From assembly GCA_045540715.1 (NCBI GenBank), contig JAZQHT010000014.1:55761-119760 (forward strand): a stretch of DNA of 64,000 nucleotides, read 5' to 3'. The notes under the pieces were generated by a model. It ran no database searches. It had not been told where the DNA came from and worked only from the letters and a program-made list of their open reading frames with translations. Of this stretch, positions 18,963 through 28,643 are shown in pieces. The DNA comes from Acutalibacteraceae bacterium. Lineage in GTDB: Bacteria > Bacillota > Clostridia > Oscillospirales > Acutalibacteraceae. The stretch's first letter is position 1. Each line of letters begins with the position of its first letter. The translations under genes were made by a program, and so were the position numbers.

Positions 18963-19652
18963 TCAAGCAGACTGTCTTTTGCCTTTAAACTTTGGCAACC
19001 AATAATCTTTGCCGTAAACAATAATTTCTGCTAAAATGCAAACCGGTATTGCGCCAAAAGCATCTAAAATTGAGTGTTGCTTTATAAATGCAGTTGAAAT
19101 GCAAACTAAAAAGCAAAATACCGCTACTGCCGCTCTGCCAAGCGGATGTACCTCTTTTTCTTTTAACCAAACAGAAGCAATACCAACCGAATATGCAACG
19201 TGTAAAGATGGAAAAACCCCTGTATTTGTATCAAAAGAATATAAGAAACTTATAACGTAAGTAAAAATATTTTCATTAGCAAATTCGGTGGGTCTTAATT
19301 CTTGTTTGCTTGGATACACAATGTATATAACCATTGCAACAACCTGAGTAATTATTATAAAACTTTGCAGTCTTTTAAAGCTATCTGTATTATAAAGAGC
19401 AAAGTATATAAGCGAAATTACAATTAACACGTACCACAAAACGTAAGGAATTACAAAATATTCGCAAAAAGGAATCATATCGTCTAGTGGGCTATAAATC
19501 GTGTGGCAATTGCTGCTTGGAATTAGGTTTTCTGTTAAAAAGTAAAGGGCAAAATAACCTACCCACCCTAAAAGATATTTTAAATGTGAAAATTCTGGTG
19601 TGTTTAATTTTGATAACCTGAATTTTCTATAATCTACCACAGGCTTTTTCAT
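18963..19652 (-). CDS. PAP2-superfamily membrane protein (PAP2_C / sphingomyelin-synthase-like)
   Basis: 229 aa polytopic protein. FPSLHVAYS and KQHSILD motifs. Confidence 0.6.
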   Translation of the reverse strand: MKKPVVDYRKFRLSKLNTPEFSHLKYLLGWVGYFALYFLTENLIPSSNCHTIYSPLDDMIPFCEYFVIPYVLWYVLIVISLIYFALYNTDSFKRLQSFIIITQVVAMVIYIVYPSKQELRPTEFANENIFTYVISFLYSFDTNTGVFPSLHVAYSVGIASVWLKEKEVHPLGRAAVAVFCFLVCISTAFIKQHSILDAFGAIPVCILAEIIVYGKDYWLPKFKGKRQSA

Positions 19653-19662
19653 GGTTTCTCCT

Positions 19663-20358
19663 TTAAATATTTTTAGGGTAATCTTTTCTACGGATGTTTC
19701 TATATGGAATTACGGTGTGTTTAGGTAAAGAAACCGCCTTTTTAGTAATTTCATCCATAATATATTTTTTTATTTCTACCCTTTGTTCGGCGCTGTCTTT
19801 ATTTATATCATATTTAATAGGATCGCACAAGTACATAGTTTTAAGATTTGGTGCAATATACATTGGAACAAAATTTAATTCTTTACCTGTTTTTTTATAA
19901 TATAAACGCGCTAAATCAATAAACTTATCTTGAAAATCGTAAATTATGTGGTTGTGCTTTTGATTGTGCTCCGGAAAAATAATAACGTTATCGCCGTTTG
20001 TTAGGTGTGAAACGGTGTTTTTAAAAGTAGCAATTACCCTGCCATCGTGATAAACCGGAATTGTATTTGCGTTATTAAACACACAAACCGCAAGCGGAGC
20101 TATTATATATGATAATAGTTTATAAAATGGACGGGTAAATTTGCATTTAAAAGACCAAAAATCTGTAAAAGCGTAGGAAGGTACTTCTTTTAATTTCATC
20201 ATCTGTCCGGCAGTCCAGGTATAATGGTTCCCAACAAAGTAAAATTCGCAAGCTATGGGACCGTGCATTTGCGAGTGGTTTGCTACTATAACCGAAGCCT
20301 CTTTTGGAAGCTTTTCTGTGCCCAGCACCTTAAAACGAGGGTAAAAGGTTTTAAGCAA
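19663..20358 (-). CDS. acyltransferase-like protein (divergent PlsC family)
   Basis: 231 aa. VANHSQMHGP and IFPEHNQ blocks resemble acyltransferase motifs I and III, but HX4D is not intact. The start codon is uncertain (TTG). Confidence 0.45.
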   Translation of the reverse strand: MLKTFYPRFKVLGTEKLPKEASVIVANHSQMHGPIACEFYFVGNHYTWTAGQMMKLKEVPSYAFTDFWSFKCKFTRPFYKLLSYIIAPLAVCVFNNANTIPVYHDGRVIATFKNTVSHLTNGDNVIIFPEHNQKHNHIIYDFQDKFIDLARLYYKKTGKELNFVPMYIAPNLKTMYLCDPIKYDINKDSAEQRVEIKKYIMDEITKKAVSLPKHTVIPYRNIRRKDYPKNI

Positions 20359-20480
20359 AAACCTTAATATTTTATATTTGATGGTGGTTTTCTTTTTTAT
20401 TTTAGACAGACCTTTCTAACATTGTGCTTTAAATATAATATCAAAAAAAGGTTTCTAAAATATTAAAATTTTATAAACTT

Positions 20481-21869
20481 TTAAAATATTTTATCAGGAT
20501 TTAAAATATTTTTTTCGTCAAACGCCTTTTTTATTCCACGCATAATGTTTAATGTTACTTCGCCATAATCAGCATATAAGTATGGTTTTTTAGCATAACC
20601 AATGCCATGTTCACCCGAAACTTTGCCACCCATTTCTACTGCCTTTTTATAAAGCAAGTTAAATACTTTATTAAGTTTTTGTTGCCATTGTTCTTCATCT
20701 AGGTTATCGCGACAGATATAAACATGTAGATTACCATCTCCTGCGTGTCCAAAAGAAGGGATTCTAACATTTTCATCTTTGGCAACTTTGTGGGTATATA
20801 AAACAAACTCTGCAACTTTATTTCTTGGAACAACAACGTCGCACTCGTCCATTTCGGTAGTGGAAGCTTTAATTGCTTCTAAAAAGGCACTTCTTGCCGA
20901 CCAAACCGAAGTTTTGCGTTCTTCGGTATCTACAATTAAAACGTCTTTAGCGCCAATTGATAAAAGTAGTTCTGCGGTGTCGTCAATTTCTTTTTCAACA
21001 ACAGTTTTATCGTTGCCGTCAACCGTTAAAATTAAATATGCTTCTGAAGACTTATCGGGAAAGCTTTTTCCTAAATATTCTTCGCTAAATAAAATTGTTC
21101 CTTTTTCTGCAAATTCAATAGCCGTTAAAGAAGCCTTGCTTTTAATAAGGGTTGGAACTGCCCCAATTGCCTTTTCTATTGTATCAAAAGGCACTAAAAG
21201 TGAAGTGGTAACAAGTGGCTTTGGTACTAATTTTAAAACTGCTTTTGTAATAACCGCCAAGGTACCTTCACTGCCAACAATTAGGTCTTTTAAAGAATAA
21301 CCCGAACTGTTTTTTACAACCTTGCCGCCAAGTTCTAAAATTTCGCCATTTGGCAAAACTACCGTTAGCGCTCTAACATAATCGCGAGTAACCCCGTATT
21401 TAACAGCACGCATACCACCTGCATTTGTGCTAATATTGCCACCTATTGTAGCCGATTTTTCGCCGGGATCTGGTGGGTATAAAAAATTGTTTTCTTCACA
21501 AAAGGCTGCAAGTTGCATTAGCAAAACACCGGGTTCTACCGTAACTGTTAAATTTTCTTCGTCTAATTCTAAAATGTTATTCATTAAGGTTGTATCTAGC
21601 ATAACACCGCCATAAATTGCAACGCTTGATCCAACTAAACCCGTACCGCTTCCGCGAACAACCACAGGTATATTGTTATTATAGCAATACTTCATAATGT
21701 TAGATACTTCTAAAGTAGATTTAACCTTAACTAAAACTTCGGGGTAGCTTTTAACCCCGCCTAGTTCATCATGACTATAATCTTCACTAATGTTTTCGTA
21801 TATTACTCTATCAAGATTTGTAAAGGAGATAATGGCAGTTATATCGTCTTTTATTATTTTTTTATACAT
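20481..21869 (-). CDS. FAD-linked oxidase, GlcD/D-lactate dehydrogenase-like (LctD-type)
   Basis: 462 aa. [15 protein letters not shown]-binding block. Overlaps the etfA stop. Confidence 0.85.
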   Translation of the reverse strand: MYKKIIKDDITAIISFTNLDRVIYENISEDYSHDELGGVKSYPEVLVKVKSTLEVSNIMKYCYNNNIPVVVRGSGTGLVGSSVAIYGGVMLDTTLMNNILELDEENLTVTVEPGVLLMQLAAFCEENNFLYPPDPGEKSATIGGNISTNAGGMRAVKYGVTRDYVRALTVVLPNGEILELGGKVVKNSSGYSLKDLIVGSEGTLAVITKAVLKLVPKPLVTTSLLVPFDTIEKAIGAVPTLIKSKASLTAIEFAEKGTILFSEEYLGKSFPDKSSEAYLILTVDGNDKTVVEKEIDDTAELLLSIGAKDVLIVDTEERKTSVWSARSAFLEAIKASTTEMDECDVVVPRNKVAEFVLYTHKVAKDENVRIPSFGHAGDGNLHVYICRDNLDEEQWQQKLNKVFNLLYKKAVEMGGKVSGEHGIGYAKKPYLYADYGEVTLNIMRGIKKAFDEKNILNPDKIF

Positions 21870-23055
21870 TTTGCCTTTCCTCCTTAATTTTTTCTATAAG
21901 CAGTGGTAAAATTTCAAAAACGTCCCCTTCTATTGCAATATTAGAAAGGTTAAAAATTGGGGCGTCTTTATCGTTATTAATTGCCACTATAAAGTCGCTG
22001 CCTTTCATACCCGATACAAACTGCACCGAACCCGAAATGCCAAGCGTAATTATAATTTTAGGCTTTACCGTTCTACCCGAAAGACCAATTTGCCTTTTTG
22101 GGGATAAAATACCTTCTTCAATTATGGGTCTTGTGCCCGCAATTTGCGCAGATATTAAATTTGCAAATTCTTTTGCTAAATTAACCTGTTCTTGAGTTTT
22201 AAAAGCACGGCCAATTGCCACAATAACTTCGGCTTCAGAAATATCAATTTCTTTTGGTTTTGGTGTAACCCTTAAAATTTCGGTACCGCAGTTTAGCATA
22301 TCGTCTTTTATTTGCATATTAATAATTTCGCCAAAAGCTTCGTTTCTTGTTGCGGCAGAAAACACCTTATATCTTACGGTGCAAAACTGTGGACGTGTAT
22401 TGGGTGTTATAATTTGCGCCATAATATTGCCACCAAAGGCAGGTCTAATTTGCACTAAATCGGTATTGTCTTTCATTTCTAAAGCGGTGCAATCGGCAGT
22501 AAGACCCGTTTTGCAACGTGCCGCAACGCGTGGTGCTAAACTTCTGCCAATATTTGTTGCCCCAACCAATACACTTGAAGGTTTAACCTTTTCAATAAAA
22601 TCATAAAAAGCGGTGGAATAAGGCATAATTTTAAAATTTTCAAAGCATATATCATCATAAACGTAAACCTTGTTTGCGCCATAATATAAAAGTTCTTGCG
22701 CCACGTTGTTTATATTGCTGCCTATAAGCAAAGCCAAAACTTCGTGATTATTTACAGAAGCTAATTCTCTTGCTTTATTAAGAAGCTCTAATGCTACCGG
22801 GTGCACCCCATTATCTTTAATTTCGCAAAATACCGCAATTCCGTTATAAAGCGATTTATCAATTTGCGGTTTTTCTTCTTCAATAAATTCTACTGCTTTT
22901 TGCGGGCCTTTTTTAACGCAAATTTGACAGGCCTTACAAGCCGACGTAATAGTTAGCTTATCGTTTTCGTAATTAAAGGCGTTAAAGGGGCATATTTTTA
23001 TAAGTTCTTGTGCTACTTGCGGTGTAATTTTATCGTGATTAATAATAAGTCCCAT
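21862..23055 (-). CDS. etfA: electron transfer flavoprotein alpha subunit with N-terminal ferredoxin-like domain (LctC-type)
   Basis: 397 aa. N-terminal CPFNAF...[10 protein letters not shown] Cys cluster, then an EtfA core. Confidence 0.85.
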   Translation of the reverse strand: MGLIINHDKITPQVAQELIKICPFNAFNYENDKLTITSACKACQICVKKGPQKAVEFIEEEKPQIDKSLYNGIAVFCEIKDNGVHPVALELLNKARELASVNNHEVLALLIGSNINNVAQELLYYGANKVYVYDDICFENFKIMPYSTAFYDFIEKVKPSSVLVGATNIGRSLAPRVAARCKTGLTADCTALEMKDNTDLVQIRPAFGGNIMAQIITPNTRPQFCTVRYKVFSAATRNEAFGEIINMQIKDDMLNCGTEILRVTPKPKEIDISEAEVIVAIGRAFKTQEQVNLAKEFANLISAQIAGTRPIIEEGILSPKRQIGLSGRTVKPKIIITLGISGSVQFVSGMKGSDFIVAINNDKDAPIFNLSNIAIEGDVFEILPLLIEKIKEERQNV

Positions 23056-23065
23056 TTTTCGCCTC

Positions 23066-23857
23066 CTAAATAAATTTATTTTCTTTTAAAACAGAATAAA
23101 GTTGTTCTGCTAATTCTTGGTTATTGCCCTTTAAGGTTTGCCTATTTTGGTTGCTTTGTGGTTGGAATATTTTTTCAACCTTTGTGGGTGAACCCTTAAG
23201 GCCAATGCTATTTTCATTAAGGTCTTCAAAATCTGATGCCGAGCAAATTTTAATTTTGTCTAGCTTTTCAAACTGCTTTTTGCGGTTATATGAAGGAAGA
23301 CGAGGTGTATTAATATCTTTATCGGTTGTAATAAGGCAAGGCAAAGCAATTTTTACTTCTTGCAAAGAGGTTTCTAAATCTATTTTTACAGTAATATGTG
23401 TTTTGGTAATTTCTAAAATTTCTATAACGTTTGAAATATGTTCAATATTTAAAATTTCGGCAAGTTCTGCCCCCACTTGTGCTGTGTCTCCATCGGTAGT
23501 TTGTTTGCCGCATATAATTAGGTCGTAGTCTCCCAATTTTTTAACACCTAAAGAAAGGGCGGTACTTGTAGCTAAAACGTCGGCACCACCAAATTTGCGG
23601 TCGCTTAATAGCAACCCACCATCTGCCCCCATATATAATGCTTCTTTTAAAATTTCAAGAGCTTGTGGTGGCCCCATAGAAAGGACTTGAACGGTAGCCC
23701 CGTTTTTATCGGCAATAGAAAAAGCAGTTTCTAGCGCAAACAAATCGTAAGGGTTAATTTTGCTTTCCACACCATCGCGAATTAAAACCCCTGTTACGGG
23801 ATCTACCTTAACCTTGTTTGTGCCGGGAACCTGCTTTATGCAAACAACTATATTCAT
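23066..23857 (-). CDS. etfB: electron transfer flavoprotein beta subunit (LctB-type)
   Basis: 263 aa. MNIVVCIKQVP... is a typical EtfB N-terminus. Confidence 0.9.
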   Translation of the reverse strand: MNIVVCIKQVPGTNKVKVDPVTGVLIRDGVESKINPYDLFALETAFSIADKNGATVQVLSMGPPQALEILKEALYMGADGGLLLSDRKFGGADVLATSTALSLGVKKLGDYDLIICGKQTTDGDTAQVGAELAEILNIEHISNVIEILEITKTHITVKIDLETSLQEVKIALPCLITTDKDINTPRLPSYNRKKQFEKLDKIKICSASDFEDLNENSIGLKGSPTKVEKIFQPQSNQNRQTLKGNNQELAEQLYSVLKENKFI

Positions 23858-24000
23858 ATCTTTATACCTTTCGTTTTTCGGTAATTATATTTTAACATAA
23901 GATATATATTATTAAAATTCTCAAAATAAACAAAAACACCGCCAACTTTTTGTTGACGGTGTAAAATGTGGGGGGTTTTTTTCGACATTATAGAACAAAC

Positions 24001-24930
24001 TTATTTTTTATCAAGCTTTGCAAACTTTTTAAAGGTTAAGGGCCAAATAATACCGGCAAAAATTCCTATTAAGAAATATCTAACGCCATCTGCAATATAA
24101 TTGCCCTCACCAAAAATAATAAATAAGGGTTCTTTTAATAAACTTTTTATTAAAATTAATGGTACTAAACCTAAAGAAGTTTTTAATACCTGAACTAAAA
24201 AACTTGCTTTGGTTTCAAACTTAACGTATTTATGGTCTATTTCATAAGAAATATAAAGCCCTAAAAAACAACCAAGCATTTTATAACCGTTAGAAAGGCC
24301 GTGTGCATAGTTGCCATCGGGGTCGGTATAAACAGACGCGGGAAATTTATAAAGTTCAACAAATAAAACGTAAGCTAGCGTTAAAGCAATAAGGCTATAT
24401 AATAAAATACGCATATTCATCGGCTTTTTTGTGGCCCAATCAATAATGGGTTTAAATGCAAAAACAAGTATAAGGGCAATTACAACAGATACTAAAACGT
24501 CTAATGGTGTGTGAACCCCTAAATACATCCTTGAGAAAGGCACTAATACGCAAAGGGCAATCATAACCGACCTTAAATCCCAACTTTTTCTAACCCTTGC
24601 AATACCGCCAAAAAGACCAATTGAACTTTGAGTGTGTCCGCTTGGAAAAGAATAACCGGTAGCGCCGCCCCTTGCCGACTCTACTACTGTAAAAGAAGGG
24701 TCTTTTACCCAAGGACGTGGAATTCTAAACCAAAGTTTTAAAAACTGATTTATAATTGTTCCTAAAAAGCCAACAAAGAATAAATAATAACCTTGTTTTT
24801 TATCAATGCACCAATAAAAAATTAAGGCAACAACTATAAAAACCATTTCATCGCCCAAATATGTTATTAGTGAAAAAAAGACATCAAATACAGGGTTTCT
24901 AAGTCCTTCTAAAAACTTTAAAAATTCCAT
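24001..24930 (-). CDS. PAP2-family phosphatase (membrane)
   Basis: Canonical PAP2 motifs RIPRPW, SFPSGHT and SRMYLGVHTPLDV. ATG 24930 follows SD AAGGGGTG; the track start at 25014 is upstream of it. Confidence 0.85.
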   Translation of the reverse strand: MEFLKFLEGLRNPVFDVFFSLITYLGDEMVFIVVALIFYWCIDKKQGYYLFFVGFLGTIINQFLKLWFRIPRPWVKDPSFTVVESARGGATGYSFPSGHTQSSIGLFGGIARVRKSWDLRSVMIALCVLVPFSRMYLGVHTPLDVLVSVVIALILVFAFKPIIDWATKKPMNMRILLYSLIALTLAYVLFVELYKFPASVYTDPDGNYAHGLSNGYKMLGCFLGLYISYEIDHKYVKFETKASFLVQVLKTSLGLVPLILIKSLLKEPLFIIFGEGNYIADGVRYFLIGIFAGIIWPLTFKKFAKLDKK

Positions 24931-25124
24931 AATGCACCCCTTAAAATATTTTTTGTTAGTATAACATATAAAACTAAAATTTGCAAATATATAAAATACT
25001 TGCTTTTTTGCCACTTTTTTAATATAATAACTTTAGAAGGTGAATTGTGGCAGCTTTTCTTGTTTCTGTATCAAACAAGAAAGCTGCTTTTTTAACCAAA
25101 ACTGCTTTAAAAGGAGTGAACAGT

Positions 25125-26240
25125 ATGAGCAGAAAATATAGACTTTCCACAGCCTTAGATATTGATGACGTTTTAATGGAGTGTACTTCTTACGCAATTA
25201 AACTTGCTAATGAAAAATATCAGTTTGACCCACCCCTTTCAATTTACGAAAAAGAAACTTGGGGCCCCACAGGTAAAAGAATAGACAGTATTTACGATTA
25301 TTTTAGAGATCCGGAGTTTTACAGAACACAACCCGTTTACGAGGGCGCTAAAGAATTTGTTAAAAAACTTTCTTCTATGACAGAGGTATATATTTCTACC
25401 GCTGTTCCGCCCGAGTTTATGGGAATTCGTGCAAAGCGCATTTTAGAAGAATTTCCTGAGATTTCGGCCGACCATATTTATATGGGAGCCAGTAAAGAAA
25501 AAATCCAGGTTGATATTTTATTTGACGATGGCATGCACAACGTTGTAAATTCAAGTGCTAAATACCCAATTTTAATGCGCCGTCCTTGGAACCAAGAAGC
25601 AACCGGACGACTTGCGGTTAATAGCTATGAAGAATTTTTAAAACTTGTTGAAGTTATTGCCGAAAGTTATAGTACTAAATCCGACCCACTTAAATTAAAA
25701 GACCCAAGCGTTGTGGTGCTTGTAGGTCCATCAGGTAGTGGTAAAAGTAAAATTGCAAGAAAACTGCTTAATAAAACCGACCGTTTTGAAAAGCTTGTAA
25801 GTTACACCACTAACGACCCCACCGCAACCGAAAAGAACGAGTGGTATAACTACGTTACTATTGAAGAATTTAGAAATATGTGCGATAGTGGCGAACTTTG
25901 CCAAAGCACAATGTACGCAGGGCACGGATACGGCTCTAAAAAGGGCGATATTGAAAAGATTTTAAATAGCGGCAAACACGTTTTAACCACAATGGATATT
26001 TGCGGTGCTATGTCGCTTAAAACAAACTTTAAAAACGTTATAACCATTTACACAAAGCGCGACCAAAAACTTTTAATGGGTGCAATTCTTAGAAAAAATG
26101 CAACCATTGAAGACAAGGTTAACAGATTAATGGCTATTGAATATGAAAAACAAAATGCCGAAATTTGTGATTACGTTGTTGAATTTAATGCTTATGACGA
26201 AGCTGTGGAAAAAATAAGCAAAATTTTAAAAATTAAGTAA
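25125..26240 (+). CDS. fusion protein: HAD-type 5'(3')-deoxyribonucleotidase-like domain + guanylate-kinase-like P-loop domain
   Basis: N-terminal LDIDDVL (DxDxV) HAD motif. C-terminal VVLVGPSGSGKSKIARKLL. ATG 25125 follows SD AAAGGAG. Confidence 0.6.
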   Translation: MSRKYRLSTALDIDDVLMECTSYAIKLANEKYQFDPPLSIYEKETWGPTGKRIDSIYDYFRDPEFYRTQPVYEGAKEFVKKLSSMTEVYISTAVPPEFMGIRAKRILEEFPEISADHIYMGASKEKIQVDILFDDGMHNVVNSSAKYPILMRRPWNQEATGRLAVNSYEEFLKLVEVIAESYSTKSDPLKLKDPSVVVLVGPSGSGKSKIARKLLNKTDRFEKLVSYTTNDPTATEKNEWYNYVTIEEFRNMCDSGELCQSTMYAGHGYGSKKGDIEKILNSGKHVLTTMDICGAMSLKTNFKNVITIYTKRDQKLLMGAILRKNATIEDKVNRLMAIEYEKQNAEICDYVVEFNAYDEAVEKISKILKIK

Positions 26241-26285
26241 AAATATCTAAATAAAAAAGCACCTACAAAAAGTAGGTGCTTTTTA

Positions 26286-26777
26286 TTATGCATTTTTTCT
26301 TTTTCTATTAAAGATTTTTTTGAATAAAGAATATATGCCATAAGCAATTCTTAATACAAGATAATTTATTGCAAACATTTCTAAGAACATATAAGTTAAA
26401 GCCGTAAACTCAATAGCAAGAAAATACGCAACAATAAAGCCTAATAAACCAATAGTTTTTACAAGTATAATTGAATTTAATATCTTTTTTACGCGTTCTG
26501 ACTTATTATTGTTTGCCAAAAACTTTATATCGAACAAAACCTCGAAAAGAAGTGAATCGCCTATAAACCAAATATTTATTATTGTAAGGGCTTTAAAATA
26601 ATAAACTATATTCTCTGCATATTCAGGAATACTATCATATAAAAATTTTGCTTGAAACGCAAAGAATATCTGAAAAGCCATAAAGCAAATTATGAAACAT
26701 ATATTAATAATTTTGTTTTTTATTTTCATAAATTGTATTAATACCCCTTTAAAAGTATAAGGACACAAAACTTTCAT
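26286..26777 (-). CDS. hypothetical membrane protein
   Basis: 163 aa, 4 TM. The start is uncertain (ATG 26777 or 26729). Confidence 0.5.
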   Translation of the reverse strand: MKVLCPYTFKGVLIQFMKIKNKIINICFIICFMAFQIFFAFQAKFLYDSIPEYAENIVYYFKALTIINIWFIGDSLLFEVLFDIKFLANNNKSERVKKILNSIILVKTIGLLGFIVAYFLAIEFTALTYMFLEMFAINYLVLRIAYGIYSLFKKIFNRKRKNA

Positions 26778-26911
26778 CTTCTATTATGCAACTTTTTGTT
26801 TAATATTTCAATATGCAAATTGTTATAATTTATTGTTTGATTTTAGTGTGTTTTGCTAATCTCTTTTTTGCAAAAAAGAAAGCTCCCTTAAAAAAGGGAG
26901 CCTTTTTAATA

Positions 26912-27358
26912 TTATTCTTCTACTATAACTACGCCGTCTTCTTTAATGGTGATTTTCATACCGTCTTTAACGTAGTTTAAAAATTCGTCGCCCAAAGAAT
27001 CAATAACAGGCATTGTAACGTTATCAATCCAAACGTCAGCTAAAACGGCTCCCGCCGCTGCAAGTGAATCTATATGGTTTGCAAAAAGCATACAAGCAGG
27101 GTTTTTCTCCATTGCGCATGCGCAATATAAAACTAAACCACCGGTTGTAGAACCTATTGTTTGTGGCAAGCAAAGTGCTTTATTAATAAGTGGTTTACCG
27201 TGTAATTCTTTATTGTTTTGGTCGCCGCATTTAACCTCTTTATCGCCAAATTGTAACGCCATTTGAAGTGATGCTAAGGTGTTAAAACCTTCAGTTGTTA
27301 CTACGGCTTCTGCTGTAACGGTTCCGGGTGTTACAACCCTACCTTTAAATTCTCTCAT
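26912..27358 (-). CDS. aconitase X swivel-domain subunit (DUF126)
   Basis: 148 aa. MREFKGRVVTPGTVTAEAVVT... is a typical DUF126 N-terminus. Its start overlaps the stop of the large subunit gene. Confidence 0.8.
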   Translation of the reverse strand: MREFKGRVVTPGTVTAEAVVTTEGFNTLASLQMALQFGDKEVKCGDQNNKELHGKPLINKALCLPQTIGSTTGGLVLYCACAMEKNPACMLFANHIDSLAAAGAVLADVWIDNVTMPVIDSLGDEFLNYVKDGMKITIKEDGVVIVEE

Positions 27359-28632
27359 TATTTTTTACCTCCCGTTACAATTTCTAAAATTTCGGCATCG
27401 GTATAATATTTTGCGCTTGTATATGTACGAAGTTTATTAGAAGAAGTAATAACCGGCATTGTTTTGCAAAGCGGATTGTTCATATACATTAGTGGGCAAA
27501 TATAAGAAGTAATAACGCCGGTGGCTTCTAGTCGTTTAGCGTATTCTGTTTTGTTAAAGGCTTCAAGCACCTTTGGGGCTGCTGTAAATACAGTTTTAAT
27601 GGTAACCTTTTTATTGCCCTTTTCTTTTAGTGCATTTTCAATATTTACTGTCCAAGCGGTTAATTGTTCTAAAGAAAGGTGTGGGCAACCAACAAAGCAA
27701 AGTTTTGGGGTTGCGTTTGGATTTTTCCAAATAACAGGGTAATTCTTTTGAACACGCTCTAACTCGGCATCATCTATAATATATTCTTTTGCGTCTTTTA
27801 AAATTAATTCTTCTTTAAGCTCTTTTGCTTCGGGTGTTAGATTATCAATATGATAAAGTCCAACTGCGCCGTTAGAAGCAGTTGCAGCACCAAAGTCTTT
27901 TAAATATGCTTTTGCGCTGTCGTTTAGCTCGTCGCCAATCCATTTATCAAGGCCGTAAACGTAAGGAACGTCTTCCATAACCTTCATACCAATTGCAGAG
28001 CCAAGTAGCTGAGCTTCGGGTTTTTTGGTGGTTTGAACCTTAATTACCCAAGATGCCTTACGGCCTTCGTCGGTTAGTAAACCAAAATATGGAACGTAAC
28101 CTACAATCGAACCCATAATATCAATAATACCTGAGTTGCGGTTACAACGAGCCCCTAGCACTGAGTTTGCATATACAACCGCACTAGATTCTGCCCAAGA
28201 AAGCACTTCCCCTTTTTGTGGTAGATTGCCAACTTCATCCATATAGCAAGTACAGGTAAATGCATCGTCAGATAAAAGGCCTAGTTCTTTAAGCTGTTTT
28301 TCATAAAAATCTTGTTTTGTGTACATAAATTTATTAAAAACAAAATTTTGTAAAAAGTTTGCCGGCACGTTTTTATCTAACGGACGTGGGTCAACCGAGA
28401 ATTTTTGACCGGAGCATACGTCGGCATCAAGTAATTGTTGCATAAGGTCATATACAGGCGACATAACCTTTAAACCAAAGCTTGTTACAAGGTGGTTATA
28501 TTTTGAGGTTATTGGCACTAATTTTTCTGCTTCAAAAGCATCGCCATACATAACCATTGTTTTCATAACTTTTGCTAAGGTTTCACCCTTTTCGCCATTT
28601 AAAATGGCTTGTTGTTCTTTAGTTAATTTCAT
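27358..28632 (-). CDS. aconitase X catalytic subunit (DUF521)
   Basis: MKLTKEQQAILNGEKGE... is a typical DUF521 N-terminus. ATG 28632 follows SD AAGGAGAAA; the track start at 28677 overlaps the upstream gene. Confidence 0.8.
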   Translation of the reverse strand: MKLTKEQQAILNGEKGETLAKVMKTMVMYGDAFEAEKLVPITSKYNHLVTSFGLKVMSPVYDLMQQLLDADVCSGQKFSVDPRPLDKNVPANFLQNFVFNKFMYTKQDFYEKQLKELGLLSDDAFTCTCYMDEVGNLPQKGEVLSWAESSAVVYANSVLGARCNRNSGIIDIMGSIVGYVPYFGLLTDEGRKASWVIKVQTTKKPEAQLLGSAIGMKVMEDVPYVYGLDKWIGDELNDSAKAYLKDFGAATASNGAVGLYHIDNLTPEAKELKEELILKDAKEYIIDDAELERVQKNYPVIWKNPNATPKLCFVGCPHLSLEQLTAWTVNIENALKEKGNKKVTIKTVFTAAPKVLEAFNKTEYAKRLEATGVITSYICPLMYMNNPLCKTMPVITSSNKLRTYTSAKYYTDAEILEIVTGGKK

Positions 28633-28643
28633 AGTTTTTCTCC

